A stretch of DNA of 61,885 nucleotides, counting the filler, from Chiloscyllium plagiosum (taxonomy: Eukaryota): NCBI RefSeq assembly GCF_004010195.1. It is 3 parts of one record of this genome, joined end to end, with 100 filler letters (N's around TTAATTAATTAA, not from the genome) between each part and the next. Parts side by side here need not be neighbours in the genome. Positions count along the whole stretch, not along the records: positions 1 to 28,846 come from NC_057712.1; 2 more parts are not named here. One strand, written 5' to 3'. The position numbers and the translations under genes were made by a program. Within the stretch, counting starts at the first letter, position 1. Each line of letters begins with the position of its first letter. The notes beneath the pieces are model-generated. The model was not told the DNA's origin. It worked only from the letters and a program-made list of their open reading frames with translations, and did no database searches. Positions 11,774 to 24,322 of the stretch are shown here, in pieces.

Positions 11774-13317
11774 CTCCCTTCCCCTCTCACCTGCTCGCTC
11801 ACTCTCCCTTCCCCTCTCACGCGCTCGCTCACTCTCCCTTCCCCTCTCACGCGCTCGTTCACTCTCCCTTCTCCCTCTCACGTGCTCGTTCACTCTCCCT
11901 TCTCCCTCTCACGTGCTCGCTCACTCTCCCTTCCCCTCTCACGCGCTCGGTCACTCTCCCTTCCCCTCTCACGTGCTCGCTCACTCTCCCTTCCCCTCTC
12001 ACGCGCTCGCTCACTCTCGCTTCCCCTCTCACCTGCTTGCTCACTCTCACTTCTTGTGTACAATTGCACACTCACTCGCTCTCCTTGCCTGTCTTGGCCG
12101 CACACAATTGCACACATCATCTCCTGTCCCATCTTGCGCACGCGATAGCTCACTCACTCTCCTTTCCCCTCTTGTGTGCACGATCGCACACTCACTCACT
12201 CTCCCATCCCCTCTTGTTCGCACTATCGCACACTCACTCTCCTTTCCACTCATGCGCACGATCGCACTCTCACTCTCATTTCCCCTCTTGTGCATGCGCG
12301 TGATTGCACACTAACTCACTCTCTTTCCCCCTCTTGCGTGCATGACACGCGAACACACTCACACACTCTCTCTTCCCCTCTACCGTGCGCGATCGCAGAC
12401 TCACTGATTCTCTGTTTCCCTCTTGCACACGCGCGATGGCACACTCACTCTCTCCCTCCATTCCCCTCTTGCCCACGTGCTATTGCACACTCATTCACTC
12501 GCCATTTCCCTCTTGCACTCATGCGATAGCACACTCAATCTCCTTGCCCCTTCTGAGTGCACACGATCACACACTCACTCTCCTTTCCCCTCTTGCGTAT
12601 GCGCAATCGCACACTCATTCTCATTTTCCCTCTTGCATGTGCATGATTGCACACTCGCTCACTCTACTTTCTGTCCTTGCGCGCATAATCGTGCTCTCAC
12701 TCTCCAATCCCCTTTTGCGCGCAATCGATCGCACTCACTCTCTCTCCTTTCCCGTCTTGTGCGCATACGATTGCACACTCGCAATCGCACACTCACTCTC
12801 CTTTCCTCTCTTGCACGTGTGATCACATTCACTCAGTCTCCTTTCCCCTCTTGTGTGCGCAATCGCACACTGACTCTCCTATCCCCTCTTGTACATACTA
12901 TTGTAGATTCACTCCCCTTTCCTCTCTTGCGCGCGATCGCACACGCACTCTCATTTCCCCTCTTGCACACGCGTGTGATCGCACTCTTACTCACTGTCCG
13001 TTCCCCTCTGGCACCTGCGCAACAACACACTCATTCTCCATTCCCCTCTTGCCCACATGCGATGGCACACTCACTCACTCTCCTTTCCCCTTTTGTGCAC
13101 GCACGATCGCACACTCACTCACCTTTCCTTTTGTGCACGCACGATTGCACACTCACTCACTCTCCTTCCCTCTCTTGCATGTGATCATTCACTCGCTCAT
13201 TCTCCTTTCCCCTCTTGCGTGCACGATCGCACACGCACTCTCATTTCACCTCTTGCGCGCGCGTGATTGCACACTCATTCACTTTCCCTTCCCTTCTGGC
13301 ACTCACTCTCCTTTCCC

Positions 13318-13530
13318 GATTAGCGTGGTGCTGGAAAAGCACAGCAGGTCAGGCAGCATCCACGGAGCAGGAAAATCGACGTTTCGGGCAAAAGCCCTTC
13401 ATCATTCCTGAAGGGCTTTTGCCCGAAACATTGACTTTCCTGCTCCTCGGATGCTGCCTGACCTGCTGTGCTTTTCCAGCACGACGCTAATCGAGACTCT
13501 GGTTTCCAGCATCTGCAGTCCTTGTTTTTA
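13318..13530. mobile_element. Head-to-head inverted pair of PLE family A terminal modules inserted in the satellite
   Basis: gattagcgtggtgctggaaaagcacagcaggtcaggcagcatcc...cccttcatcattcctgaagggc...ggatgctgcctgacctgctgtgcttttccagcacgacgctaatc. The arms are about 85 bp. Confidence 0.85.
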
Positions 13531-15088
13531 CTCACTTTCCTTTCCCCTCTTGCACGCACACAATTGCACGCTCACTCTCCTGTCCTATCTTGCACACACA
13601 ATCGCACACACACACTCCTTTCCGCTCTTGCGCACAATTGCACACTCACTCCTATCCCATTTTGTGTGCGATCTATCGCACACTCACTCACTCTTGTGTC
13701 CCGCCTTGTATGCACACAATTGCACACTCACTCACCCTCCATTCCCCTCTTGTCCACACGTGATCTCACACTCACTCACTCTCCTATCCCCTTTTGTGTG
13801 CAATCGATCGCACACTCACTCACTCTCCTTTCCTGGCTTGGTCACGGACGATCACACACTTACTCTTCTGTCCCATCTTGCGCACGCGATCACACTCACT
13901 CACACTCTTTTCCCCTCTTGCGCACAATTGCCCACTCACTCACTCTCCTATCCTGTTTTGCGTACGATCTATTGCACACTCACTCTTGTGTCTTGCCTTG
14001 TGTGCACACAATTGTACACTCACTCACTCCATTCCCCTCTTGCACACACAAAATGGCACACTCACTCACTGTCTATTCCCCTCTTGCCCACACGCGATCT
14101 CACACTCATTCACTCTCCTTTCTCCTCATGCGTGCACACGATTGCATGCTCACTCTCCTGTCCCATCTTGCACACGCGATCGCACTCACTCACCCTCCAT
14201 TCCCCACTTGCACACACACGATCTCACACTCACTGATCTCCTATCCCCTTTAGTGTGCGATCTATCACACACTCACTAACTCTCCTCTCCTGTCTTGGGC
14301 GCACACAATTACACGCTCACTCTCCTGTCCCATCTTGCATGCGCAATCGCACACTCACTTACTCTCCTATCCCCTCTTGTTCGCACTTTCGCACACTCAC
14401 TCTCCTTTCCACTCTTGTGCGCAATCGCATACTCACTCTCCTTTCCACTCTTGTGCGCAATCGCACACTCACTCTCATTTCCTCTCTTGCGCACGGCGTG
14501 ATTGCACACTCACTCTCCTTTCCCGTCTTGCGCGCGCAGCACATGATCATTCACTCACGCACTCTTTCCCCTCTAGCGCGTGTGATCGCAGACTCACTGA
14601 CTCTCTGTTCCCCTCTTGCCCATGCACGATCACACACTCATTCACTCACCTTTTTCCTCTTGCATGCGTGCGATAGCACAATCAATCTCCTTGCCCCTTC
14701 TGCGTGTGTACGATCGCACACTCAACCACTCTCAGTTACCATCTTGCGCATGTGCGATCGCACACTCACCCACTCTCCTTTCCTGTCTTGTGTGCGCACG
14801 ATTGCACACTCACTCACTCTTCTGTCTCATCTTGCATGCACAATCACACACTCACTCGTCTTTCCGCTCTTGCGTGTGCACGGTTGCACAGTCTCCTATT
14901 CCGTTTTGCCTGTGATCGATCGCACACTCACTTGCTTTCCTGTCCCACTTTGTGCACACACAATTGCACACTTTCCTGTCCCATATTGCTCGCACAATCG
15001 CACTCACTACCCTTTCACCTCTTGCGCACGCACGATCATACACTCACACTCCTTTCCCCTTTTGCACGCATGCAATCACACACTCACT

Positions 15089-15228
15089 GGATAAAATCAA
15101 ATTACTGCGGATGCTGGAATCTGAAACCAAAAGAGAAAATGCTGGAAAATCTCAGCAGGTCTGGCAGCATCTGTAAGGAGAGAGAAGAACTGACCTTTCG
15201 AGTTTAACTGACCCATTGTCAAAGCTGA
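15089..15228 (-). mobile_element. PLE-type terminal module inserted in the satellite
   Basis: actgcggatgctggaatctgaaacc...aggtctggcagcatctgtaaggagagag, flanked by acacactcact on both sides. Confidence 0.65.
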
Positions 15229-18200
15229 CACACTCACTCAATCTCCTTTCCCCCTTCACCCTCGTGCGATCGCACACTCATTCACTCTTCTTTCCTGTCT
15301 TGTGTGCACACGATTGCACTCACTCACTCTCTGTCCCACCTTGCACACGCAATCGCACACTCACTCACTCTCCTTTCCCCTCTTGCATGCACGATCGCAC
15401 ACTCAATCACACCCCTATCCCCTCTTGCGCGCACATGATTGCATGCTCACTCTCCTGTCCCATTGTGCGCACATGATCGCACTCACTCCCTCTCCTTTCC
15501 CATGTTACGTGCGCGATTGCACTCTCACTCTCCTCTCCACAATTGAGCAAGTGTGCTTGCACACTCACTCACTCTCCTTTACCCTCTTGCGGGCACATGA
15601 TCATGCACTCATTCCCCCTCCTTTCCCCTTTTGCATGCGCGATCGCAGACTCATTCACTCTCCTGTCCACTCTTGTGTTTACACGACCACACACTCATTC
15701 ACTTTCCTATCCCCTTTTGCGTGCGCTGGATCGCAAACTCACTCTCCTTTCCACTCTTCCCTGTCGATCGCACACTCACTCACTCTCCTTTCCACTCTTC
15801 CCTGTCGATCGCACACTCTCACTCTCCTTTCCACTCTTGTATACGCGGTTGCACACTCACTCACTCTCCTTTCCACTCTTCCCTGTCGATCGCACACTCA
15901 TTCACTCTATCCCCACTTGTTCGCGCTATCGCAGACTTGCTCTCTTTTCCCCAGTTGCACATTCACTCTCATTTTGCCTGTTGCACGTGCGTGATTGCAC
16001 ACTCACTCACTCTCCTTGCCCCTCTGGTGCCTGCCCGACTGCACACTCACTCACTCTCCATTCTCCTCTTGCGCGTGCGCACAATCGCACTCACTTACTC
16101 TCCATTCTCCTCTTCCGCACGTGCGCAGTATCACACACTCACTCTCCTTTTGCCTCTTGTGCACATGATCACACACTCACTCATTCTCATTTCCCCTCTT
16201 GTGTGCGCAATTGCACTCACTCTCCTATCCCCTTTTGCATATGATTGGTCGCACACTCACTCACACTCCTTTCCTCTCTTGTGCATGATCGATCCCACAC
16301 TCACTCTCCTTTCGCCACTTGTGCACGCACAATCGCACACTCACTCACTCCTTCCCCTCTTGCACGTGATCGCACTCATTCTCCTTTCCCCTCTTGTGTG
16401 CTCAATCGCACACTCACTCTCCTACCCCATTTGGCGTGCACAATCGCAGACTCACTCACTCTCCTGTCCCCTCTTGCGCACGCAATCGCTTGCTCATTCA
16501 CTCACTTTCCCTTCTTGCGCGCACGTGATCGCACTCACTCACCTTCCCTTCCCCTCTTGCGTGTGTGATCACACTCTCACTCTCCTTTCCCCTCCTGCGT
16601 GTGCACGATCACACTCTCACTCACTCTCCTTTCCCCTTCTACACATGATTGATTGCACACTCACTCACTCTCCTTTCCCATCTTGATCACGCAAATGCAG
16701 GCTCACTTACTCTCCTTTCTCTTCTTGCACGCGATTGCACACTCACTCTCCTTTCCCCTCTTACGCGCGCGAGAGGCGATTGCACTCTCCGTTTCCCTCT
16801 AGCGCACAATCGCACTCACTCACTCTCCATTCCCCTTGAGCGTGCGCGCGCGCACGATCACACACTCACTCACTCTCCTTTCCCCACTTGCACAAGTACA
16901 ATTTCACACACTCTTCTTTCCATGCTTGCGCGCATGATCGCACACACACTCGCGTCCCGTTTTGCGCACGCAATCGCGCACTCACACACTCTCCCTTCCC
17001 CTATTGCGCGTGCATGATCACTCACTCACTCAAAGTCCTTTCCCTCTTGCCTGTGCACAATCGCACACTCACTCTCTTTTCCCCTCTTGCGCACGCGGGA
17101 GGTGATCACACATTCATGCACTCTCCGTTCCCCTCTGGCATGCGCGATCGCATTCACTCTCCATTCCCCTCGTGCGCGCGATCGCACACTCACTCACTCT
17201 CCTTTCCCCACTTGCACAAGCATGATTTTACACTCACTCTTCTTTCTACTCTTGCACGCACGATCGTACACTCACCCCTTTCCCATCTTGTGTGCGCACG
17301 ATTTCACACACACTCTCCTGTCCAATCTTGCATGCGCGATCTCACACTCTCCTTTCCCCTCTTGCGCAAGCACAATCGCACACTCACTCACTCTCCTTTC
17401 CCCACTTGCACATGTGCGATTTCACACTCACTCTCCTTTCCCCACTTGCACATGTGTGATTTCACACTCTTCTTTCTACTCTTGCATGCACGATTGCACT
17501 CACACACACCACTTTCCCATCTTGTGTGCGCACAATTGCACACACTCTCCTGTTCCATCTTGTGCGCGCGTTCGCACACTCACTCACACTCCTTTCCCCG
17601 CTTGCACATGCGTGATTTCACACTTACTCTTCTTTCCACTCTTACACACACGAACGCACTCACTCCCTTTCCCATCCTGTGCACACACGATTGCACACTC
17701 ACTCTCCTGCTCCATCTTGCATGTACGATCGCACCCACCCGCCTTTCCCCCCTTGCACGAGCATGATCTCACACTCGCTCACTCTCCTTTCCCCCTTGCC
17801 CACGTGCCATCACACGCTCACTCTCCTTTCCATTCACTCACTCTCACTTCCCCTCTTGTGCACACAATCGCACGCTCACTCACTCTTTCCCCTCTAGCAA
17901 TCGTACACTCAATCACTCTCCTTTCCCCTCTTGCGCATGCACAATCCCACACTCACTCACTCGCATTTCCCCTCTTGCGTACGATCGCACACTCATTTTA
18001 GTCCCCTCTAGCACACGCGCGTGATCGCACACTCACTCTCCTTTCCCCTCGTGCGTTCGATCACTCACTCACTCTACTTTCCCCCCTTGCCCACGCACAA
18101 TCGCACACTCACTCAATCTCATTACCCCTCTTGCGCGCATGCAATCGCACACTCACTTTCCTATCCCCTTTTATGCACAATCGATTGCACTCTCACTCAT

Positions 18201-21200
18201 TCTGCTTTCCCATCTTGTGCACAGTCACTCACTCTCCTTTCCTATCTTGCGCGTGCGATCGCATTCACTCATTCTCACGATTGCACACTCACACTTTTCC
18301 CCTCTTGCGTGCGCGATCACACACTCACTCTCCTTTTCCCTCGTTTGCACAATCGCAGACTCACTCTCCTTTCCCCTCTAGCGTGCGCTTGTGATTGCAC
18401 ACTCACCCACTCTTTTTTCTCCTCTTGTTCGCACTCACTCACTCTTCTTTCCCATTTGTGCACAATTGTTCACACTCGCTCTCCTTTCCCCTCTTGCACA
18501 CACAATCGCACACTCACTCACTCTCCTTTCCTCTCTTGCTTTCCCACGATGGCACACTCAATCCATTCCGCTCTTGCGCATGCACACTATCGCACTATCA
18601 CTCTCCTTACCCCTCTTGCGTGCGCGATCGCAGACTCACTCTTATTTCCCCTCTTGCGCGCCCGATCGCACACTCACTCACTCATTCTCCTTTCCCCTCT
18701 TGTACACACGCAATCGCATACTCACTCACTCTCCTTCTCCCTTCAGCGTGTGCATGATCACACACTCACTCCATTCCATTTCGAGCATGCGTGATCGCAC
18801 TCTCACTCTCTTTTCCCCTCTTGCATGTAATTGCACACTCACTCACTCTCCTTTCCCCTCTTGCACATGCGATCACACACTCTTTCACTCTCCTTTCCCC
18901 TTTTACCCGCACGATCGCACACTCATTCTCCTTACCCCTCTTGCATGCGCAATAGCAGACTCACTCTCCTTTCCCCTCTTGTGCGCTCAATCGCATACTC
19001 ACTCACTCTCCTTCTCCTTTCTGCATGTGCATGATTGCACACTCATTCCATTTCCTTTCGAGCATGCGCGATCGCATACTCACTCTCTTTTCCCCTCTTG
19101 CACATGATTGCACACTCACTCTCCTTTCCCATCTTGCACATGCAATCACACACTCTTTCACTCTTCTTTCCCCTTTTATCCGCACGATCGCACACTCACT
19201 CATTCTCCTTTCCCCTCTTGCGCGCACGCGATCGCATACTCACTCACTCTCCTTCTCCCTTCTGCATGTGCATGATCGCATACTCACTCTCTTTGCCCCT
19301 CTTGCGTGTGTGATCACACATTCTCCTTTCCCCTCTTGTCCACACGGGATCGCACACACTCACTCACTCTTGCGCATGATCGATCACACACACACACACA
19401 CACACACTCTCCTTTCCCCTCTTGTGTGCAATCGCATTCAGTCACTCTCCTTTCCCATCTTGCGCTTGCGCACTCACTAACTCTTTCCCCTTTTGCTCAC
19501 GATCGCTCACTCGCTCACTCTCTTCCCCTCTTGTGCGTGCACAATCACATGCTCACTCACTCTCCTTTCCCCTTATGCGCGCGCACAATCGCACACTCAT
19601 TCTCATTTCCTCTCTTGCATGCGTGATCACAGACTCATTCACTCTCTTTTCCCCTATTGTGTTCTCGATCGCACACTCACTCACCTTTCCCCTCTTGCGT
19701 ACGCGATCGCAGACTCACTCTCTCTTTTCCACTCTTGCGTGTACGCGATCGCACACTCACTCCCCTTCCCTTTTGAGTGCAATCAATCGCACACTCACTC
19801 TCCTTTCCCCTTATGTGCACACACAATCGCACACTAACTCACTCTCCTTTCCCCTCTTGCATGCGCGATCACATGCTCACTCTCCTTTCCCCTCTTGCAC
19901 GCACAGGATCGCACTCACTCACACTCCTTTTCCCTTTTGTGCACAATCGATTGCACACTAACCCACTCTCCTTTCCCATCTTGCGTGCTCGATCGCACAC
20001 TCACTTTCCTTTCCCCTCTTGCGCGCACGTGATCACACACTCACTCACTCTCCTATCCCCTTTTGTGCACAATCGATCGCACACTAACTCATTCTCCGTT
20101 GCCATCTTCCACAATATAGATCACACGCTGTCCTCCCCCCTACTGTGTACGCGCGACCCCATGCTCACTCACTCTCCTTTTCCCTTCTATGCGTGCACGA
20201 TCAGACATTCACTCACTCTCCTTTCTCCTCCTGCGTGTGCGATGCACACTCGCTCACTCTCCTTTCCCCTCTTGCATGCGATCACAAACTCACTCTCATT
20301 TCCCCTCTAGCGCGCGTGTGAACACACACTCACTCACTCTCCTTTCCCAACCTGCACTCGATCAATAACACATTCACTCTCCTTCCCCCATTGCACACAT
20401 GATCACACACTCACTCTCCTCTCCCCTGTTGTACGCACGATCACAGACTCACTCACTCTCCTTTCCCCCTTGCACGTACAAGATCGCGCATTCACTCTCC
20501 ATTCCTGTGTTGTGCACATACGATTGCACACTCATTCACTCATGTTTCCCCTCTTGCGCATGTGTGATCGCACACTCACTCTCCTTTCCTCTCTTGCGTG
20601 CACAAGATCGCACACTCTCCATTCCCATCTTGTGCACGTACGACCGCACACTCATTCAATCTCCTTTCCCCTCTTGTGCGTGCACGATTGCGCACTCTCT
20701 CCTTTCCCATCTTGCATGTGTGCAATCGCACTCACACACATTCTCCTTTACCCACTTGCACACTCACTCTCCTTTCCCATCTTGCACACTCACTCTCCTT
20801 TCCCATCTTGCACACAATTGCACACTCACTCTCCTTCCTTTCTTGCATGCGCACGATTGCATACTCATACTCCTTTCCCATGTTGCGTGTGTGATTGCAT
20901 TCCTCTCTTGCACTCACAATCGCACATTCACTCACTCTCCTTTCCTCATGCGTGCACACACGGATATCCCCTCCTTCCCCAGCACACATGCACATGCATA
21001 CTCACTGTCATTCCCCTACATACATGCATGTGCTCTGACTCTCTCACACTCTGCCTCCTCATATATGCACACACACACTCTCATTCTCCTTCCTCTAATG
21101 CTCACCCATGCACTCACTCACTCACACTCATAAAATTTATGACACACATACACACAATTACTCTCTCACTCCTGTTCACTCTCACTCACACACACTCATT

Positions 21201-21396
21201 TTCTCATTAACACACACGCACATTTGTATGTACTCACTCACATGAATACAAAAACATTCAGATGTAACTTTGGACCATGAATAGCAGGGATATCACACAA
21301 CTCAATGTTTTTTTTTCGCTTTGACTTGACATATGCTGTTGATATGCCCCACAATTTCTTAACAAGAATCGCAACGTCAGTTCCAGCCAGTACACA

Positions 21397-22040
21397 TTAG
21401 AACAGAGATAAGGAGGAACTTCTTCAGCCAGAGACAGGGGAGTCTATGGAATTCACTGCCATAGAAGGCTGAGGAGGCCAAATCATTGAGTCTATTTAAG
21501 ACGGAGATAGAGCTAGGTTCTTGATTGTCAAAGGGATCAAGGGTTACAGGGAGAACGCAGGAGAATGGGGCTGAGAAACTTAACAGCCATGATTGAATGG
21601 TGGAGCAGATGAGATGGGCTGAATGGCCTTTGCTATGTCTTATGGTCTTATGAGTAAATGTGAGATTATCTACTTAAGAGTAAAATCAGGAAGGCAGATT
21701 ATTACCTGGATAGTGATGGGTTGGGAAAGGGGGTTGAGACCTGGGTGTCCTCATACACCAGATGCTGAAAGTGAGCAGGCAGTAAAGAAGGCAAATGGGG
21801 TGTTGGCCTTCCCAGTGAGAGGATTTGAGGAAAGGAGCAGGGATGTCTTGCTGCAATTATACAGGCCTCTGGTGAGATCACACCACGAATATTGTGCACA
21901 ATTTTGGTTTTCTTATTGGAGAAAGAATGTTCTGGCGATGAAGGGAATGCAGCGAAGTTTTACCAGACTGATTCCTGGGATGGCAGGACTGACATATGAG
22001 AGATCAAATCAGTTAGGATTGTATTCAGTGGAGTTCAACG
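21397..22040 (+). mobile_element. Two adjacent CR1 fragments (3' end and ORF2 piece)
   Basis: VKKANGVLAF...DVLLQLYRPLVRSHHEYCAQFW...RSFTRLIPGMAGLTYE, preceded by a CR1 3' UTR. Confidence 0.85.
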
Positions 22041-22127
22041 AAGGAAATGATCTAGTGGTATTATAGCTAGATGATTAAACTAGAGACCCGGGTTATGTGC
22101 TGAGAACCCAGGTTCAAATTCTACCAC

Positions 22128-22802
22128 TGAAGATCTGGGCCGCGGGGGAGCAGGGGGAGTCCTTCTTCCGCGATCGGTCAATAAACACTAGCATTCAGTC
22201 TGGTTCTTTAAGACTTCACACTTTATTCCTTATACGGCCAGGCACAGATCGTTCAGAAACACAGAGGTTAAACACTCCCGTGTTCCTCAGAGGAGCTGTG
22301 CACATGGCTTAAAACAAAGACACTTTTATACTTTTCTTAAAGAGAGATACAGGCCATAATCGTACATAATTACCAACAAATTAACTGAATGGTTTTATTG
22401 ACAGCTACTCAGTCCAATGATATTTCCTGGGAACCAACTTTGTTTTCCAACATTCAAGCTATTTTTATCTCAAGAACCTAGTTTCTGCACCTGTACTTGA
22501 AGATCAGTTAGGATGGCCAGTAATGTCTTATCTAGTCTAGTTATTTCTACGCTGTAAAGGAAGCACTGTCTGGTAATCTCTGTAGAGTCAGACTGTGGTC
22601 ATGTCAATTATGCAGTTTTGGCAGGTGAAAAGCCATTTTATGCAGCTTTAAGCAGAATTGTCAATTTGCAGCCTAGAAGCCATTTTCTATGTTATTTGCA
22701 TTAAGAAACCATTTTATTGCTGTGTATGTTAGTAAGAGCATGTATTAAATGGTTGTTTTGACAACTAGTTACTTCAGCCTGTATTCAGATTTCAGATCCT
22801 CA
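22128..22802 (-). mobile_element. Probable retroviral or LTR-retrotransposon LTR (675 bp)
   Basis: TG...CA ends with a 10-bp imperfect inverted repeat (tgaagatctg / cagatcctca). Minus-strand TATAAAA at 22324-22330 and AATAAA at 22222-22227. Flanks are ccac / gcac. It abuts a truncated SINE head at about 22050-22127. Confidence 0.7.
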
Positions 22803-23284
22803 GCACAGGGCCCCTTCCAAACATTTGTCTAGCAAATAATGTAATTAAACCTATCTTATCTCTTCTTAAAAGCTTTGTTTTGCCAAAGTATCCATTAATA
22901 AAGTTATCCTAGATGTTTGCTATTGCAGCTCCAAGAAATCATATACCTTATGACACCTACATCATATGCATCCTATCTATTATTTTAAACATTCACTCCC
23001 TTTACCATCGATGCTGAATAGCAGCAGTGAGTATTACAGACAAGATGTACTGCAGAAATTCCTTAGACAGCATCTTCTAAACCCACAACTACTTCCAGTT
23101 AGGAGGAACACGGGCAGCAGATATGTGGTTACACCACCCCCTGCAAGCTCTCCTCCAAGTCATTCACCTTCCTGATTGGAAAAATATCACTGTTCCTTTA
23201 TTGTTGCTGGGTTAAAATACTGGAATTTCCTTCTGGAGAGTATTTTGAGTCAACCTACAGCTCATGGACTGAAGCTAGAAGTAA

Positions 23285-24322
23285 TTGACTGGCCCACAGA
23301 AAACAGAGGGTCTCATGTATCTGCTGGAAAGTATTCAGCCTGGAAGCTCAGTGACCAGTGCGTTCCACAGGGATCTGTTCTGGGACCTCTGCTCTTTGTG
23401 ATTTTTATAAATGACGTGGAAGGGTGGGTTAATAAGTTTGCTGATGACATGAAGGTTGGTGGAGTTGTGGATAGTGTGGAGGCTGTTGTCGGTCACAACA
23501 GGACATTGACAGGATGCAGAGCTGGGCTGAGAAGTGGCAGATGGAGTTCAACCTGGAAAAGTGTGAAGTGATTCACTTTGGAAGGTCAAGTTTGAATGTA
23601 AAGTTGAAGGCAGGATTCTTCACAGTGTGCAGGAACAGAGGGATCTTGGGGTCCACAGATCCCTCAAAGTTGTCACCCAAGTTGACAGGGTTGTTAAGAA
23701 GGCGTATGGTGTGTTGGCTTTCATTAGCAGGGGGATTGAGTTCAAGAGCCTTGAGGTTATGCTGCAGCTCTATAGAGCCCTGGTTAGACCACACTTGGAA
23801 TATTGTGTTCAGATCTGGTCACCTCTCTATTGGAAGGATGTGGAAGCTTTCGAGAGGGTGCAGAGGAGATTTACCAGGATGCTGCCAGGACTGGAGGGGA
23901 TATCTTATGAAGAAAGGTTTGGGAGCTAAGGCTTTTCTCATTGGAGCGAAGAAGGCTGAGCGGTGACTTGATAGAGGTGTACAAGATAATGAGGCAAAGA
24001 TAAAGTGGATGGCCAGAGACTTTTTCCCTGATAGCGGAAATGCCTATCACGAGGGGAAACGTTTTAAGATGATTGGAGGAAGGTTTAGGGGAGAAGTCAG
24101 AGATGGGTTCTTTACACAGAGAGTGGTGGGTGCGTGAAATGCTCTGCCAGCAGTGGGAGTAGAGTCAGAGACATTAGGGACATTTAAGTGACTCTTGGAT
24201 AGGCACATGGATGATAGTAAAATGTAGGGTATGTAGGTTGGCTTGATCTTACAGTAGAATAAAAAGTCGGCACAACATCAAGGGCCAAAGGGCCTGTACC
24301 ATGCTGTATTGTTCGATGTTCT
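23285..24322 (+). mobile_element. CR1 LINE 3' ~1 kb (RT core to 3' UTR), inserted in an older LINE tail
   Basis: VPQGSVLGPLLFVIFIND...KFADD; WAEKWQMEFNLEKCEVIHFG; ALVRPHLEYCVQIWSP. Confidence 0.92.

Larger units (their letters stand above)
11774..21230. repeat. ~9.4 kb degenerate satellite (30-45 bp units), C/T-skewed and CpG-rich
   Basis: Consensus approximately gatcgcacactcactcactctcctttcccctcttgcgcgc. Homogeneous 30-bp units at 11774-12050; decays into (ca/ct)n near 21000. Confidence 0.95.

Noticed and set aside
11111..12148. ORFs spanning the 500-N gap
   Set aside because: Artefacts of translating N runs.
11774..21230. Dozens of long His/Thr/Ser/Leu/Pro-rich ORFs (up to 351 aa)
   Set aside because: They are open in all three plus frames because the C/T-skewed satellite rarely forms stop codons; there is no domain content.
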